Assembly: GCA_024137785.1 (NCBI GenBank)
Contig: JAHRHZ010000085.1
Location: 9,613,548-9,677,547, forward strand
Direction of reading: 5' to 3'
Length of the DNA: 64,000 nt
Origin: Ginglymostoma cirratum
Lineage: Eukaryota
The notes below the pieces were generated by a model, which did no database searches, was not told the origin of the DNA, and was given only the letters and a program-made list of their open reading frames with translations. Shown piece after piece: positions 38,266-51,550 of this stretch (positions within the stretch are counted from its first letter, which is position 1; each line of letters opens with the position of its first letter). The translations under genes were made by a program, and so were the position numbers.

Positions 38266-41200
38266 CCAATAGTGAGACAAATCATTGCATATCGACAACA
38301 CCCATCCATGATTTTTTTTTTTGCCATGCTATTTCTTATTTCCACTTCGTCTGAATTCACTTCAGGATGTATTTCATCCATATCACCAGTAACTACCACA
38401 TTGAGATGTAATACATCCACATCACCAGTCACTACTACACTGATATTTGTCTTTATTATCAAACTTCATTAACCACAGCTCTTTTTCCTTTGTTGCCTAC
38501 TCTTCTGAAACGCTGAACACCTTTGAATATGGAGTTATCAAATTCGGTCGCTCTGCAAGCACGTTCCTGTAATGGTTATCATCTAGTATTCATTTATTTC
38601 TATTTATACTGCCGACTCGTCAATCTTGTTAGCTTTACGTTAGTCTGCCTGACTCTCACATATAAGCTATGGTAAAGTGATCTCTAGTAGTAAATCAGCC
38701 ACTCACGTGAATATAAATTACACTGTGGCTTGAAGTTGTTGGTCTACTATCTCCTTTCATTCTCTTAAACTTTAGTCAGAAGTGTTGACTTTTTAGTTAT
38801 ACTTTATCATTAATTTATTTGACTTATTCTTTCTTCCTTCTTTCTTGAATTTAGGTGCAAACTTTCTTTTTCAAAGATTCTTCTTTACTGGAGTTGTGAA
38901 GTTGCAGTTAGATCATAATATTTCTTAAATTGTCCCAATTGGCCAGGTTACAGCATTCATCTTTACCTGCTGCACATGCTTTACACGTGTTTTTTTTTTG
39001 GAGCTGCATCACGTCCAACCTCACATAGTCAATTCTGCTGGTTTATTTTGGTATTTTGAAGGCATATTGGTAGGGTGATAATACCATGTCGGATATCATG
39101 CAAAGGTCGCTAGATGAAGATCTCTGACACTCCCAAACTTTTCTTTAGATTTCGATTCTTTTGCCGACATCTTCAGGAACTAAATGATATGCGCCGGAAT
39201 GCTCTTTTTCATGACATTATAATTCAAAGAAACGTCCTCTGGTAAAGCAAAATTTCAAATGTTCTACTTGTGCCTGAGCAAAGCAGTTTGAATGTCCAGT
39301 TCACCTGCTGTCACTTCATTTCTGTCGCTAACCTCTCAAATCACATGTTAATACCTCCATATTCGGTTCCTCCTATTCCACAAGTAGATGCTATGGAAAC
39401 GTAAATATTTCCTCCCTTGATTCCATGACCACGATTACGCCATTTCCAGAAAATCGAGTATTTTTTATTGCATCAGTCTATATCGGTATTTGCTATCGCT
39501 CTTATGAAATAATCATTATCTGTCTTTTCTTCATGTTCAAAGTTTTCATGTTCCAGTTCCCTTTTCATCCCCCAGTTCCCTTTCCATCTCCTTTTCTATT
39601 TCCAGTCTTTTCTTCTCACATTCTATCACGAGCTATGTGAACATAAAACACAGGAGAAGAATTAAGCCATTCGGCCCATTGAGTTTGGCCTGACAGTCAA
39701 ATAGATCATGTTTGATCTAATAATCCTTAACTTCACTTTCCTGCCTTTTTCCTAATATGCGTCCTAATATACACTTACCGATTTAAATACCTGCCTAGTT
39801 AGCCTTGAAGCGGCCTGAGTAATTGTCTGGTATAGAATTCCAAAGTTTCATTGCCGACCAGTGGAAGAAATTCATCCTAATCTCTTTAAATGAACATTCC
39901 CTGACTTTGAGATTACGCCACTGGCGCTATACTCTCCTACTATGTGAAACAGCATCTTCACATGAACCCTGTACAGTTCCCGAAGAATCCGTTGTTTTCA
40001 TAAGGTGGCTTCTCATTCTTTTAACTTCTAATGACTACAGACCCAAATTACTCAATTTTTCCTCATAGTCCCTCCAAGCCTGGGATAAACTGGGAGACCG
40101 TTCTCTGGACTGCATCAATTCCATAAATCTGCCCCTAGATCCAGAAAACAAAACTGTTCACGACAGTGTAAGAATCCTGAATCCAAGTTTGAATAGGGCT
40201 ATATTCCGACGTCATTTCTCTTGAAAAGAAATCATAACAGCTGTATTCTTCTACTTTCTTTCTTAGAAATTCAGCAATTAATTAAATATAACCTTTGTAT
40301 TTAAGTTTCTAATTGCTAACATGTCCTTTCAGATTGATTCGTACAAATTAGTAGACATGAGCTCAAGGAAGTCAATCTTGGATCCTGAGTGCATATACTT
40401 GTCTTTATCTCTTTAACAAAGAGGTAATTAACATTTCACACTAACCTCTTATCTTAGTAAACAGCCATAAATTGATAATTACAAAATAAAATGAAGTTGA
40501 TGGCTCTTGGTTAAGTGACAACTTAAAGAATCAGCAAAGAGATAGTGGGAGGTGACAACTGCAAGTGTCTGTCATCCTTAAGTGCCAATTAGAAAGTGAT
40601 TATCCATCCATAGAGACAAGATACATGGAAGGTAGAAGCAGCAGTAGGCCATTTGACCCCTTGAGCCTGCATCACCATTCAATTTGATCATGGCTGATCA
40701 TCGAGCTCAATCCTTTGTCCTGCCCTCCCCTTCATCCCTTGATTCCTTCAGCCACAGGAGCTATGCCTATCTTCTTCTTGAAAATACATAATGTTTTGGC
40801 CTCAACCATTTCCTGTGATGGTGAATTCCATAGGCTCACCACTCTTTGGATGAAGAAATTTATCTTCGTCTCAGTTACTTCTGCTTTTCTCATTGTTGTA
40901 CTTTCTCATCTCTTTAACCAATCCATAAGTCTTGCTGCACCTAGGCCAATCAGGATGTATGAACGGAATTGACTATGCTGTGGGTTGTTGATTGTTGCTT
41001 GGAAACACTTAATAAACTAAAACTTTTGAATTCAAGGCCAAGCATGAGATTATATTGCTTCCAGGCAGACACGCAATGTCCTTTGGGCTTTGGAGAGAGA
41101 CTGAGGAACAAAGTATCAAACTGTGCCATAAGCAGAACCGGATATCAAGAGACCAATTGTATTGGTAAAGTCACTGTCCTGCTTTAATTGGTAGTATTTA

Positions 41201-41299
41201 TAAGCTAAGCAAAGTTACCTGTTTTACTGCTTGCATATTAGTTAAGGTCTCAAATTAGCAAACTGATGTTTGAATTTGAGTGTGAGACCCCTGATACGT

Positions 41300-42340
41300 G
41301 CAATATACATGCCAGTGTAGAATCAGGCTAACATGCACACACAAGTTATCCCATGACTGGAAACAAAATCAGTACCAGGTGCATTCACCCACAGGATATC
41401 TCAATCAGAGTAATGGTTTAGTCCCCACATGGAGTGCAATACTGAATTTTCATTGCATAAGTACACCTGCTGCTGGGCTTGAGGGCATTTGCTAATGTCA
41501 ACCCCCCGCGAAATATTGTCCTTCTGATGAACTGCGTGTTGCTGGGCATACTTCATGGTGGCCCGGAGAGAACTATTTCATATGCCCATGTTGTACAGCC
41601 TCACACCCGTGATAGATATCTTGGAGGTTATGTTGTTCTCAGAGGAGGATTGATAATAGTATTTGCTCCCCAACAAGTGGTTGTCATGCCATACAGTGTA
41701 CAACAAATCTTGTAGATTCAGGGGAATATTCTTAGGTGATGGCATGCTCATTCATTTGGATAACAGTTCGGGTGTGGCCCAAGAGGGGACGAACCCATTC
41801 CACACGGCCAACAGTTGCACCTGCAGGTCAATGTATAAAATGGTTGTCATGAGCAAGAAAAGGGTTCCCGCCTTGTCAGTATATGTCTTGTTATTAACAA
41901 AATCAATCAGAACATTAAAGGCAGTTTCAGTTGAATTGTTTAAAGTGAGGGTTTTAGTCTGATTTCAGATCCTTCTTCCCCTAACCTAGTGACTATTTCT
42001 TGGAAATCTAAGTTATCTTTTAACATCCCTTCAACTTCTCTTCCAACACTCTCAGTTATTTTTGTAATAGGGAATGACCTATGGCATTAACAGCAGAGGT
42101 CCCCGCCACTATTCCTAGTCCTATCTCCTGCCAGAACCCTCATTCTTGCCTGAGGGCACTCTGCTTTATAACCATCTTAATAAGGGGTGTGCCTTCAAGG
42201 GAAGATTTAATCATTTGCCAAGATAAGGTTTGACCTGATACTTCTGTATAGTTGGGTGGTAGCTCCAGATTAAATCTAATTAGTAAGTGGGTCGTGATCA
42301 GTGAAGAATTAAGGTTAACATATTCGTCGATATCCATAAG
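41300..42340 (-). mobile_element. Decayed env/fusion-glycoprotein-like coding remnant of an LTR element or endogenous retrovirus
   Basis: LRQE*|GFWQEIGLGIVAGTSAVNAI (cleavage site plus fusion-peptide-like segment), heptad-like LQK*LRVLEEKLKG, LLAVWNGFVPSWATPELL, GVDISKC..VYLCNEN; many NxS/T sites. Confidence 0.5.
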
Positions 42341-45300
42341 GATTACACCATTAGCACTGACAGGGATAATGCGACCTTCACATGTGCACTCCTTCCCCCT
42401 TCAGAGAACAGCTGAGACTGTTTGAGTAGTTCTTTAATAATGTCAGAACCCAGAAAAAGGAAAAATTAACATTTTATGATGACACGTGGATAGATGTGAT
42501 CTCCGTGGCTGTGTAGCATTAGCAAAAAATAAGCTGGCATTTACTTTTAGGGGATTGCAGCAAAATGTCACAGAACTCAAAACACTGACCTGGGAAAATC
42601 GCTCACCAAGAAAACAACTAACAGGAAATACTGATTTGTAGCAGGTAGCATGGATTCTGTGTTGACTGAATTTCGACCTGTACCCAACTGATCTAACACT
42701 GTAGCATTACAAAATTGCAATTAGGGAATTGTATTGGCTAAATATAAATTATAACAGTAGACTTTGTGAGTGGTTCTCTCCATAAAACAGTTAAAACAAA
42801 TTTAACCAAATGCTTGAATGCTTCTTTTTATACTGTAAGTAGCACTCTGTGCAATGATATCACAGCATTGTGCTGTATTTTAGGCGAATGGTATCGCATG
42901 GGTAGTCACAAGTCTGAGTTGATATAATAGATAAAAGAAAGCAACGTTTCTTGCGGGAAAGTGGTAGTTTACTATGGCACCTGCTCCAGTAGGTGTGTAA
43001 TATCATTTCTGAACAGGTTGATTAGAAAATATAGACACCAAAAGAATGATGTTTGTATCTAAACCTTTGATCCTGATAAGTCTTGTTTCTACGTAGACCA
43101 TGATTGTTGCTCTACTTTGCGTTTTATCTGCAGGTGGGCATTTTCTGAAATTCTTTCTTGGTTTTCGTGCAACCTCCTTTTCTCTGTGCATATCATTACG
43201 TCAAAGGATATTACTCATTCAGTCTGCAATTCCAATGCTTGGCAGTATCAAAAATTTATCATTTTAGGCAGCGTTTCAATCAGTTACCAAAAGGAATACA
43301 AAAGGTAGATCTTCTAAACAGTGTCAAAGTCCACAAAAACACATTTCCTTCATTGTTGCATGAATTTTAATCATACATTGGTGATCTCAGATGGTAAGGC
43401 CTACCTTAGAGCATTTATATTCTTCCCCTTCATATTTCTGTCTTGATGATTTCTTGTCTCTGTTCAAATCCAATACAGTACATCACACGACTTCAGTTAT
43501 TCTCCCTGCATGTGTCAGAATACAAATATTTGGTTAGGCAGCTGTTGGTTTTCAGAAAATGCGTTGTAGTAAGCAACAGTTGACCAGAGTTCAAGATCAG
43601 GTGAACAAATTATAATCCATATATACTCATTGGAATATTGTGATATCTGCAGCTATTATATAATTTTGACAATGTTCACTCCATAGTGCGGAGTTACTGA
43701 CATAATCAGCAAACTTGTGACATTATGAATGTTCCTTTTACTTACTCAAATCTGAAGCAGTTGTGTGTCTACAATTAGTTATCACCTAGGCAACTTTTTA
43801 AGGAACCTGATCATTTTCCATTTATGATTAAAACATTTGGACCATCAGTAATCAGGTGCATTTGTCACGATGGTTTGAAAGAGTCAACAACAGCCGACCA
43901 ATACTTAGAGAATAGACTTGAACTGCTCTGGAATGATTATATTGTACTATTTGAATTAAAACAAAATTCTTTGCTATTTCAACATCTACCTAAAGTAATG
44001 AATAAACATACCAGCTCATCTTTATATTTTGGTCCATTTCTACATTCCTCTTTGTCTAAAACAAATAAAATGTAATAATATTTGAAACATTTACTTAATT
44101 CCCATTTTTATGTTTGCAAAGGCACATCAAACATAAAAACAATGCGAAAAAAATGGTTTACAAGTTTCGTTTCCATTAAGGTATTTGAACTGCCGCACCT
44201 TATAGCAACTAACTGTCCTGAAGAAGGGCTTCGATCTAAAACGTTGACTTTGCTACTCCTTGGATGCTGTCTGACCTGCTGTGTTTTTCCAGCCTCACAC
44301 CAACTGACAGAAGTTATGTTTTCTTTGCATTTAGTCCTGCCATATCAGATAATATTTTTGGAGACGAAGGGGAACAGTCTAATACTTTATCTCCTAAACT
44401 TCTTGCGTTCTTATCCTACCTGATCTTTATATGACACAAGAGGAAGATTTGCCTTGTTCTCTCTTACTTGTTCTGTGAAATGGCTTTGCACTCAGCAAAC
44501 ATAGCGAAGTAAATGGTTTGAACTGGACTGGAAAACTGATCCCCTGAAGACAATTCTACCATTCAATACAAAACCTGTCTGATTTTCCACGGCAGCTGCA
44601 TATTCTTCTATGCAGTATATGTTCCTTAATTCCTGAGAGACCAAAATCTGTCTATATTGGCATTCAATATACATTAGAAGAGAAAGAACAGAACTGGATG
44701 GGGCAAACAATTTCAAAGATTCTCAAACAAATTAAGATTCTCCTTAACTTAGTGGTAGATGATCGATTGAGACTCTGCTTATCCTGAGACACTGCTTTTC
44801 TATTCTAAGTTCACTCGACAACCAAAAACAATCTCACAGCGTGTACTCCTTCGTGCCCAGTCAACTTATGACCAATTTATCAAAGACAAATAGAAATAAA
44901 AAATAAATGTTGAATTTTCTTGCAAAATCTTCAACAGCAGAATGAATAAACTCTCAACTAATACGTAAAAAGCTGGGAATGTGGAACTTCTACAGAAAAT
45001 CAGTCATGTTTGTATTATAAAGTGGATCAAGTTGACATGTTGTATTGTTTCCTGCTGATCATGGTTCTAACAGATTATGTCCATCAAAGACTCGCCCTGA
45101 CTCACTTCATGATTGAACCACAACAGAATAAGTTAGTAAGTGATTGTTCACAAGTGAGCTTTTCATTTAACATCTTTCAAAAGGCATATCTATATCACAC
45201 AAGCAATTACGAAGATCACTGTGACTTTTTTTAACATTCTGTAATCGTACCGACTTTATAAACTGCATTTCAGAATAATCGAAATTCGCTGAGAACAGAT

Positions 45301-45526
45301 AATACTAATATCAATGTCAAGTTTCAATCGAGCTCTCCTTGCCCGTCTAGTTAAGAAGCTATCAGTAACACTGAGGTTTGCATTTAGATGGTGAGCGTAC
45401 AGTAGATCTTACCATTGTTATTCTTCAGTTGGTACCACATTCGAGCAACGATCATCTGCGCCAGGAACATCCTTTCAGCAACCATACATCCAATATCTCC
45501 AAAGTGAAATGGTATTTCGACACTAG

Positions 45527-45650
45527 CTACAGGGTTGGAAGAATGAATACATTATGGCAAGTGCCGGCTAAGAAGGCCGCAACACTGATTAGCAAAGCTG
45601 ACGCTGTCAATATCTGTTCAAATTGCAATAAGACCACACAGAAAATTGAC
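45527..45650 (-). pseudogene. Probable TM/terminal exon of gene B
   Basis: Acceptor CCTTTCATAG 1.2 kb downstream of the C1 remnant; GQFSVWSYCNLNR, then a one-base frameshift, ILTASALLISVAAFLAGTCHNVFILPTL*. Confidence 0.45.
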
Positions 45651-45989
45651 CTATGAAAGGGGACAGCTGGTTCAGCAAACTCGTAAAATTCGTCTAGACG
45701 ATTGATTGTAACAGGGACACAATCTACATAATCAGATGGCTTAATCCATTCCTTCAAGTTTTAAAAATAAATGTGTTAACGTAATTTTCCGATAAATCAC
45801 GGGTATTATTTTCTGAAGCATCACTTCACTGATTGCGTGTTGTTCGAATCTGAGATCGGAATCTACATTGGGAGATGTTCGCATGCAAGCATCGTGATAG
45901 CAACTCTTTACACCAACCCCGGTGTAAAGATAGCAGACAATAAGAACAACAGCAAAAGAGAAAAGTATGAGTGATAAGCACGCGCGGGG

Positions 45990-46625
45990 ATACGTTTAGG
46001 TAGAGTATAAGGTGTTTGGCGAGATGGCTTCATTGCTCAAACGTTTGAGTATAGGAGTTGGCAGGTCATGTTAAGTTTGGACAGAACGTTAGTGAGGCGT
46101 CTGCTGGAGTACTGTGTCCAGTTCCTACTAGAGGACGGATATTATCAAGCTCGAGAGGGTGCAGAAAAGCCTTGTCAGAATGTTGCCTAGATTAGAAGGT
46201 TTTAGTTACGGGAAGACGCTGGATAGGCCAGGACGTTTTGCATTGGAACGTACGAGATTGAAGGGTTACCTAATAGAGGTTTGTAAAATCATGAGGTACA
46301 TAGATAAGGTAAATAGTAGATGTCCTTTCGCATGATGAGGGAGTTCAAATTTAGGTGGCAGATTTTTAAGTTAAGGGGAGAAAGAATTATGAAGAAAACA
46401 AGGGGAAACTTTTTACAGCGAGAGTGGTTGGTGTGTGAAATGAACTTCCAGAGGATGTGTTGGATGGAGGTACAGTTATAACGTTTAAAAGACATTTGGA
46501 TAAGTTCATGAACAAGTAACGTTAGGACGGATATGGGCCAAGTGCAGGCATATGGGACAACTTTAGTTTGGGATAACGGTTAGCATGGACTGGCTGGAAC
46601 AAAAGGCCTTTTTATATGGCTCTTT
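45990..46625 (+). mobile_element. CR1-like LINE 3' fragment (others at ~10400-11150, 19260-20170, 39650-40140, 40620-40870, 56370-56820)
   Basis: Decayed LVRxxLEYCVQFW / LERVQ / LRGDLIEV-type coding remnants typical of the CR1 ORF2 C-terminus. Confidence 0.65.
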
Positions 46626-46859
46626 GACTCTTACAGCTTTTGACCTGGTGTATAAAGGGAAGAATGCTTGCGGGAAATGACTAATAGTTGATGATTTAAA
46701 GTATTGACAAGAAATTTGGTTCAATTTAAATGCTTGCCTTCATGTTCCAGGAAGGATATCAGTGAACAATCATCCTGAATATTAATAGCCGTAACGTTTA
46801 GGCTGTACGTATATATGAATTAAACTAGGGCTGGCTGTTCTTTTTGAACTGTTAGCTTC

Positions 46860-47165
46860 CTGCCTCAGGGACCATATGTGTGACAGCAGCTGACGTCTTC
46901 AGTGAGGTATAAGAAACAACAGGTATATGTGGTGTTACTTCGGACAGGCTGCATCTCAAACATCATGCTTGAAACTTCATACAGCTCATCGTGGTTCTTC
47001 ACTTGAGTTGAATGTATTGCTGTTGTGTTTTCAATGCCATTTTTATACCAAGTGAGGGTGAGTTCCTACGAATAAAGTGAAGCTAGTTCACACGCGAGAA
47101 TTATAGACGCAGATGGATTCCTTTCGAATGGTCTCGAGACAATCCTCAGGAAGCTTAGGTCGTCG
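46860..47165 (-). pseudogene. Divergent C1 pseudo-exon (gene B)
   Basis: SIILACELASLYS*ELTLTWYKNGIENTTAIHSTQVKNHDELYEVSS..NTTYTC; in-frame TAG at 47066-47068 and a later frameshift. Confidence 0.85.
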
Positions 47166-47360
47166 CTTTGTAGAATACAAGCAAAAAGTCATTACTTGAT
47201 TTTGCTGAGAGAAATTAAATGTAAGCTGTCTTTACGTTCGGTACTTTTACGATAAGAACGCCATTTGAAGGGGGGGGCTTCTGTCATTTTAATGTTTCTC
47301 ACATCATCTGCACCTACGAATTGAATGTAAACGGCAGAATGCGTTCACCTTCATGACAGA

Positions 47361-49728
47361 GATAACAAGCATGGGGCTGGATCAAGCAGCATCATAGGAG
47401 CAGGAAAACTTGACGTTTCGGGCCTAAACCATTCATCAGAAATGGGGGAGGGGAAGAGGGTTCGGAAATAAATAGGGAGAGAGGGGGAGGCGGATAGAGG
47501 ATGGATAGAGGAGAGGATAGGTGGAGAGGAGGCAGACAAGTCGAAGAGGCGGGGATGGAGCCAGTAGAGGTGAGTGTAGGTAGGGGGGTAGGGAGGAGAT
47601 AGGTCAGTCCAGGGAGGATGGACAGGTCAAGGGGGTGGGATGATGTTAGTAGATAGGAGATGGGGGTGTGGCTTGGGGTGAGAGGAAAAACAGATTAGGG
47701 AGGTGGAGATGAGCTGGGCTGGTTTTGGGATGCGGTTGGGGGAGGGGAGATTTTGAAGCTTGTGAAATCCACATTGATGCCATTGGGCTGCAGGGTTCCC
47801 AGGTTGAATATGATTTGCTGTTCCTGCAGCCTTCAGGTGGCATCACGGTGGCATTGCAGGAGGCCAAGGATGGACATGTCATCTGAGGAATGGGAGGGGG
47901 AGTTGAAATGGTTCGCGACTGGGAGGTGCAGTTGTTTGTTGCGAACTGAGCGCAGGTGTTCTGCAAAGCGGTCCCCAAGCCTCCGCTTGGTTTCCCCGAT
48001 GTAGAGGAGGCCACAACGGGTACAGCGGATGCAGTATACCACATTGGCAGATGTGCAGGTGAACCTCTGCCTGATGTGGAAAGTCTTCTTGGGGCCTGGG
48101 ATTGGGGTGAGGGAGGAGGTGTGGGGGCAGGTGTAGCACTTCCTGCGGTTACAAGGAAAAGTGCCGGGTGTGGTGGGGCTGGAGGGGAGTGTGGAGCGGA
48201 CAAGAAAATCACGGAGGGAGTGGTCCCTCCGGAAGGCAGATAAGGGTGGGGAGGGAAAAATGTCTTTGGTGGTGGGGTCTGATTGCAGATGGCGGAAGTG
48301 TCGGAGGATGATGCATTGGATCCGTAGGTTGGTGGGGTTGTATGTGAGGACGAGGGGGATTTTTTTTGGTTATTGTTGCGGGGACAGGGCATGAGGGATG
48401 TGCTCCGGGAAATGCGGGAGACACGGTTGAGGGCGTTCTCGACCACTGTGGGCGGGAAGATGCGGTCCTTGAAGAATGAGGACATTTGAGATGTGTGGGA
48501 TTGGAATGTCTCATCCTGGGAGCAGATGCGGCAGAGGCGAAGGAATTGGGAATAGGGGATGGCATTTTTGCAGGAGGGTGGGTGGGAGGAGATGTATTCC
48601 AGGTCGCTGTGGGAGTCAGTGGGCTTGAAATGGACATCTGTCTCTAGGTGGTTACCCGAGATGGAGACAGAGAGGTCCAGGAAGGAGAGAGAAGTGTTGG
48701 AGATGGTCCAGGTGAACTTCAAGTTGGGGTGGAAAGTGTTGGTGAATTGGATGAACTGTTCAAGCTCCTCGTGGGAGCACAAGGCGGCACCAATGCAGTC
48801 ATCAATGTAACGGAGGAAGAGTTGGGGTTTCGGGCCAGTGTAGGTACGGAAGAGGGATTGTTCCACATAACCTACAAAGAGGCAGGCATAGCTTGGGCCC
48901 ATGCGGGTACCCATGGCCACCCCCTTTGTCTGTAGGAAGTGGGAGGAATTGAAAGAAAAGTTGTTGAGGGTGAGGACGAGTTCGGCTAGGCGGATGAGCG
49001 TGTCGTGGAGGGGGCTTGGCCCGTTCTGCGGGACAGGAAGAAGCGGAGGGCCTTTAGGCCATCAGTATGGGGAATACAGGTATATAGGGACTGGACGTCC
49101 ATAGTAAAAATGAGGTGTTGGGGACCTGGGAATTGGAAGTTCTGGAGGAGGTGGAGGGCGTGGGTGGTGTCACGGACTTAGGTAGGGAGTTCCTGGACCA
49201 AGGGGGTGAAAATGGAGTCTAGGTAGTTGGAGATGAGTTCGGTGCGGCAGGAGCAGGCGGAGACAATGGGTCGACCAGGGCATTCTGGTTTGTGGATTTT
49301 GGGGAGGAGATAGAAGCGGGCGGTGCGGGGTTGGGGAATGATGAGGTTGGAGGCGGTGGGTGGGAGGTCACCTGAGGTGATGAGGTTGTGGATGGTTTGG
49401 GAGATGATGGTTTGGTGCTCGGGGGTGGGGTCATGATCCAGGGGGCGGTAGGAGGAGGTGTCAGAGAGTTGGCGCCTGGCCTCAGCAATGTAGTGGTCAG
49501 TGCGCCATACTACGACTGCGCCTCCCTTGTCCGCGGGTTTTATGGTGAGGTTGGGATTGGAGCGGAGGGAGTGGAGGGCTGCACGTTCTGCGGGGGAGAG
49601 GTTGGAGTGTTTGAGAGGGGTAGAGAGGTTGAGGCGATTGATGTCTCGACGGCAGTTGGAGATGAAGAGGTCGAGGGAGGGTAGGAGGCCTTGGGGTGGT
49701 GTCCAGGAGGAGGGCTTGTGTTGGAGCT
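47361..49728 (-). mobile_element. Second, 5'-truncated and frameshifted copy of the same Penelope-like family
   Basis: Near-identical reverse complement of ~34760-37432; ORFs 47646..48920 and 47833..48042. Confidence 0.93.
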
Positions 49729-49729
49729 T

Positions 49730-50065
49730 CGTACAACCAGAGACATGACTTCATGTTGCTGAGTGCTGATCCTCCATTCAGGTACCAGTACTCCTCTCCT
49801 TATCCTTAATTAGTCTGGGTAGCAGCCATTATGTACGTGGCTGTCATTAGTTCACTCGTTCGACTTGAGCAACTCACAGGTTCTGCATTCAAACTTGAAC
49901 CGTTTCCAGCCCTTGCCAACAGAGAGAACGCTGGTATGAGTGTTCTGATTTATTTAAAGGTTAGGAAAATGAAAACGCAAGATTGCAGCACTTGGCAAGG
50001 AATTCTAAATCTGCCTGCATGCACAGTGCCAGGAAAGTTCCTCAATATTTGAGTTAAAAATCTTT
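49730..50065 (-). pseudogene. Possible leader (50015-50065) and very decayed V remnant (~49730-49944) of gene B, cut by a Penelope insertion
   Basis: The leader-like segment is homologous to 20445-20499. Downstream fragments LSVGKG..KFECRT resemble V strands A'-B, but the match is weak. Confidence 0.3.
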
Positions 50066-50927
50066 CTGATTAGGATATTGTGCGCTCCAGACAGTTTCTA
50101 TTCAATATTTTCAGACACGTTACCACACACATGTATGTGTGGTAGCTGTGCTTCCTGGCTCAGAGTTAGGGACAGTACTACTGCACTACTAGACCCATAC
50201 ATCATGTCCTCCATTACATCAATTCAAATTGGTTTCAATTTCCTTCACAGGTTCGTAATATAGATAATATTTCAAATAATTCAACCTCCAAAATGACAAC
50301 CTACCGTATTTGGAAGTAATGCTCATCACTGCCTCTCAAAAGGAAAACGTGTAGTTGATTGTGTGCTCAGCTTGCAACATGCTGGCGCATCTTGTTCTTC
50401 AATTTCACAATTACCTCGTCAGATATGTTGCACGTCTCCATCCGGCTTCCTTCGTACTGCTCTGTTTTCATCGTCTCTCATAAAACTCAAAATGACGTCA
50501 GTCAGAGGCACACGTTCTAGTGCGCACGTCTATGACAGTGGCAGTTAATATATCGCCCCTTTCTCAACCTGTAGCCCCGGGCATTTCAAGCTATCAAAGG
50601 TGTTTCAAAGCTTCTTCTGTGTTATCTAGCACAATCTGGTTACATTCATTGTCAGGCTGCGAAGCGCGGTCAGAACCTCCATTTCAGAGAGAAGTTTATT
50701 CTCCCAGAGAGTGTGAACCTGCGGAATTCTTAGTCGTAGAAGGCAGTTGAATGTTTTCATGAAGAGGTTAAATATAGTTCTTAGAGATAAAGAATTAGAA
50801 GGATGTGGGAAGAAAGCAAGAATAAGGTACAAAGCTGGATGATTAGCCAGAACCATTCTGAACGTTAGAGCAGGTTTGAGTGGCCAAATAGTCTACTCCT
50901 GCCACTATCTGGACCAGTCTGAGTTTC

Positions 50928-51550
50928 TGTTCTGGATCACAGCGTGCATCCAAGCGGTTCTTTTCAGACTCGGGTAAAATAACCAAGAGAAGGCTCAACA
51001 ACAGCAACTTGCTTAAATATGAATGTTTATTTAGTAATAATAGATTATAATGGCAATAGTAAATGATTATAGTGGTAATGATAAATGGAAAGAAAAAAAA
51101 AGGAAAAACAAAAAACAAGTCTCACGCCTTTCTAATAAAAGTAACAAGTCTCATGCTCGGCCTATCAGGGACCCCTCAATTGATGGCTGGTCTGGAAGCT
51201 TGTGTTCGTCCCTGGCACTATTCACGATTCCGAGCCGAAGCGAAGTGCAGCAGCAGCAGCAGCAGTAGCTCGGAACGAAACTCTCTCTCTCATACAATAT
51301 CACAAACAATCGGTGCTGATAACAAAAGATACAATAGACGAAACTGCTGGGTCTTATAGAAAAAAGTAAGTTTTTGGGTGTGTTGTCTGCAGCACGTACG
51401 GGAATGTTCACATGAATCATCCAAGGTCATACGGCTTGTTAATTGTTATTCTAAATTGCCTAGCCTACTTTCCTATCCTGTACAATATATTTTCTCATGC
51501 AGCTGTCGAACATCATCATTAACTTTCAGACCTTCGGCCTATCATATTCA
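50928..51550. mobile_element. Probable solo LTR (623 bp) containing a short (CAG)n run
   Basis: TG..CA ends, flanks GTTTC/ATTTC (5-bp duplication with one mismatch); absent from the paralogous site at ~361-366. Confidence 0.6.

Noticed and set aside
39149-39241. Possible decayed Arg-containing TM exon (..IFRN*MICAGMLFFMTL*FK) for the 31-33 kb pseudogene
   Set aside because: Splice-like ends are present but there are two stops, no clear homology to other TM exons and no C1 remnant found; too weak to call.
50293-50382. ATG..GTAGGT segment on the minus strand as leader of gene B
   Set aside because: In-frame stop and poor hydrophobicity; the segment at 50015-50065 has better paralog support.
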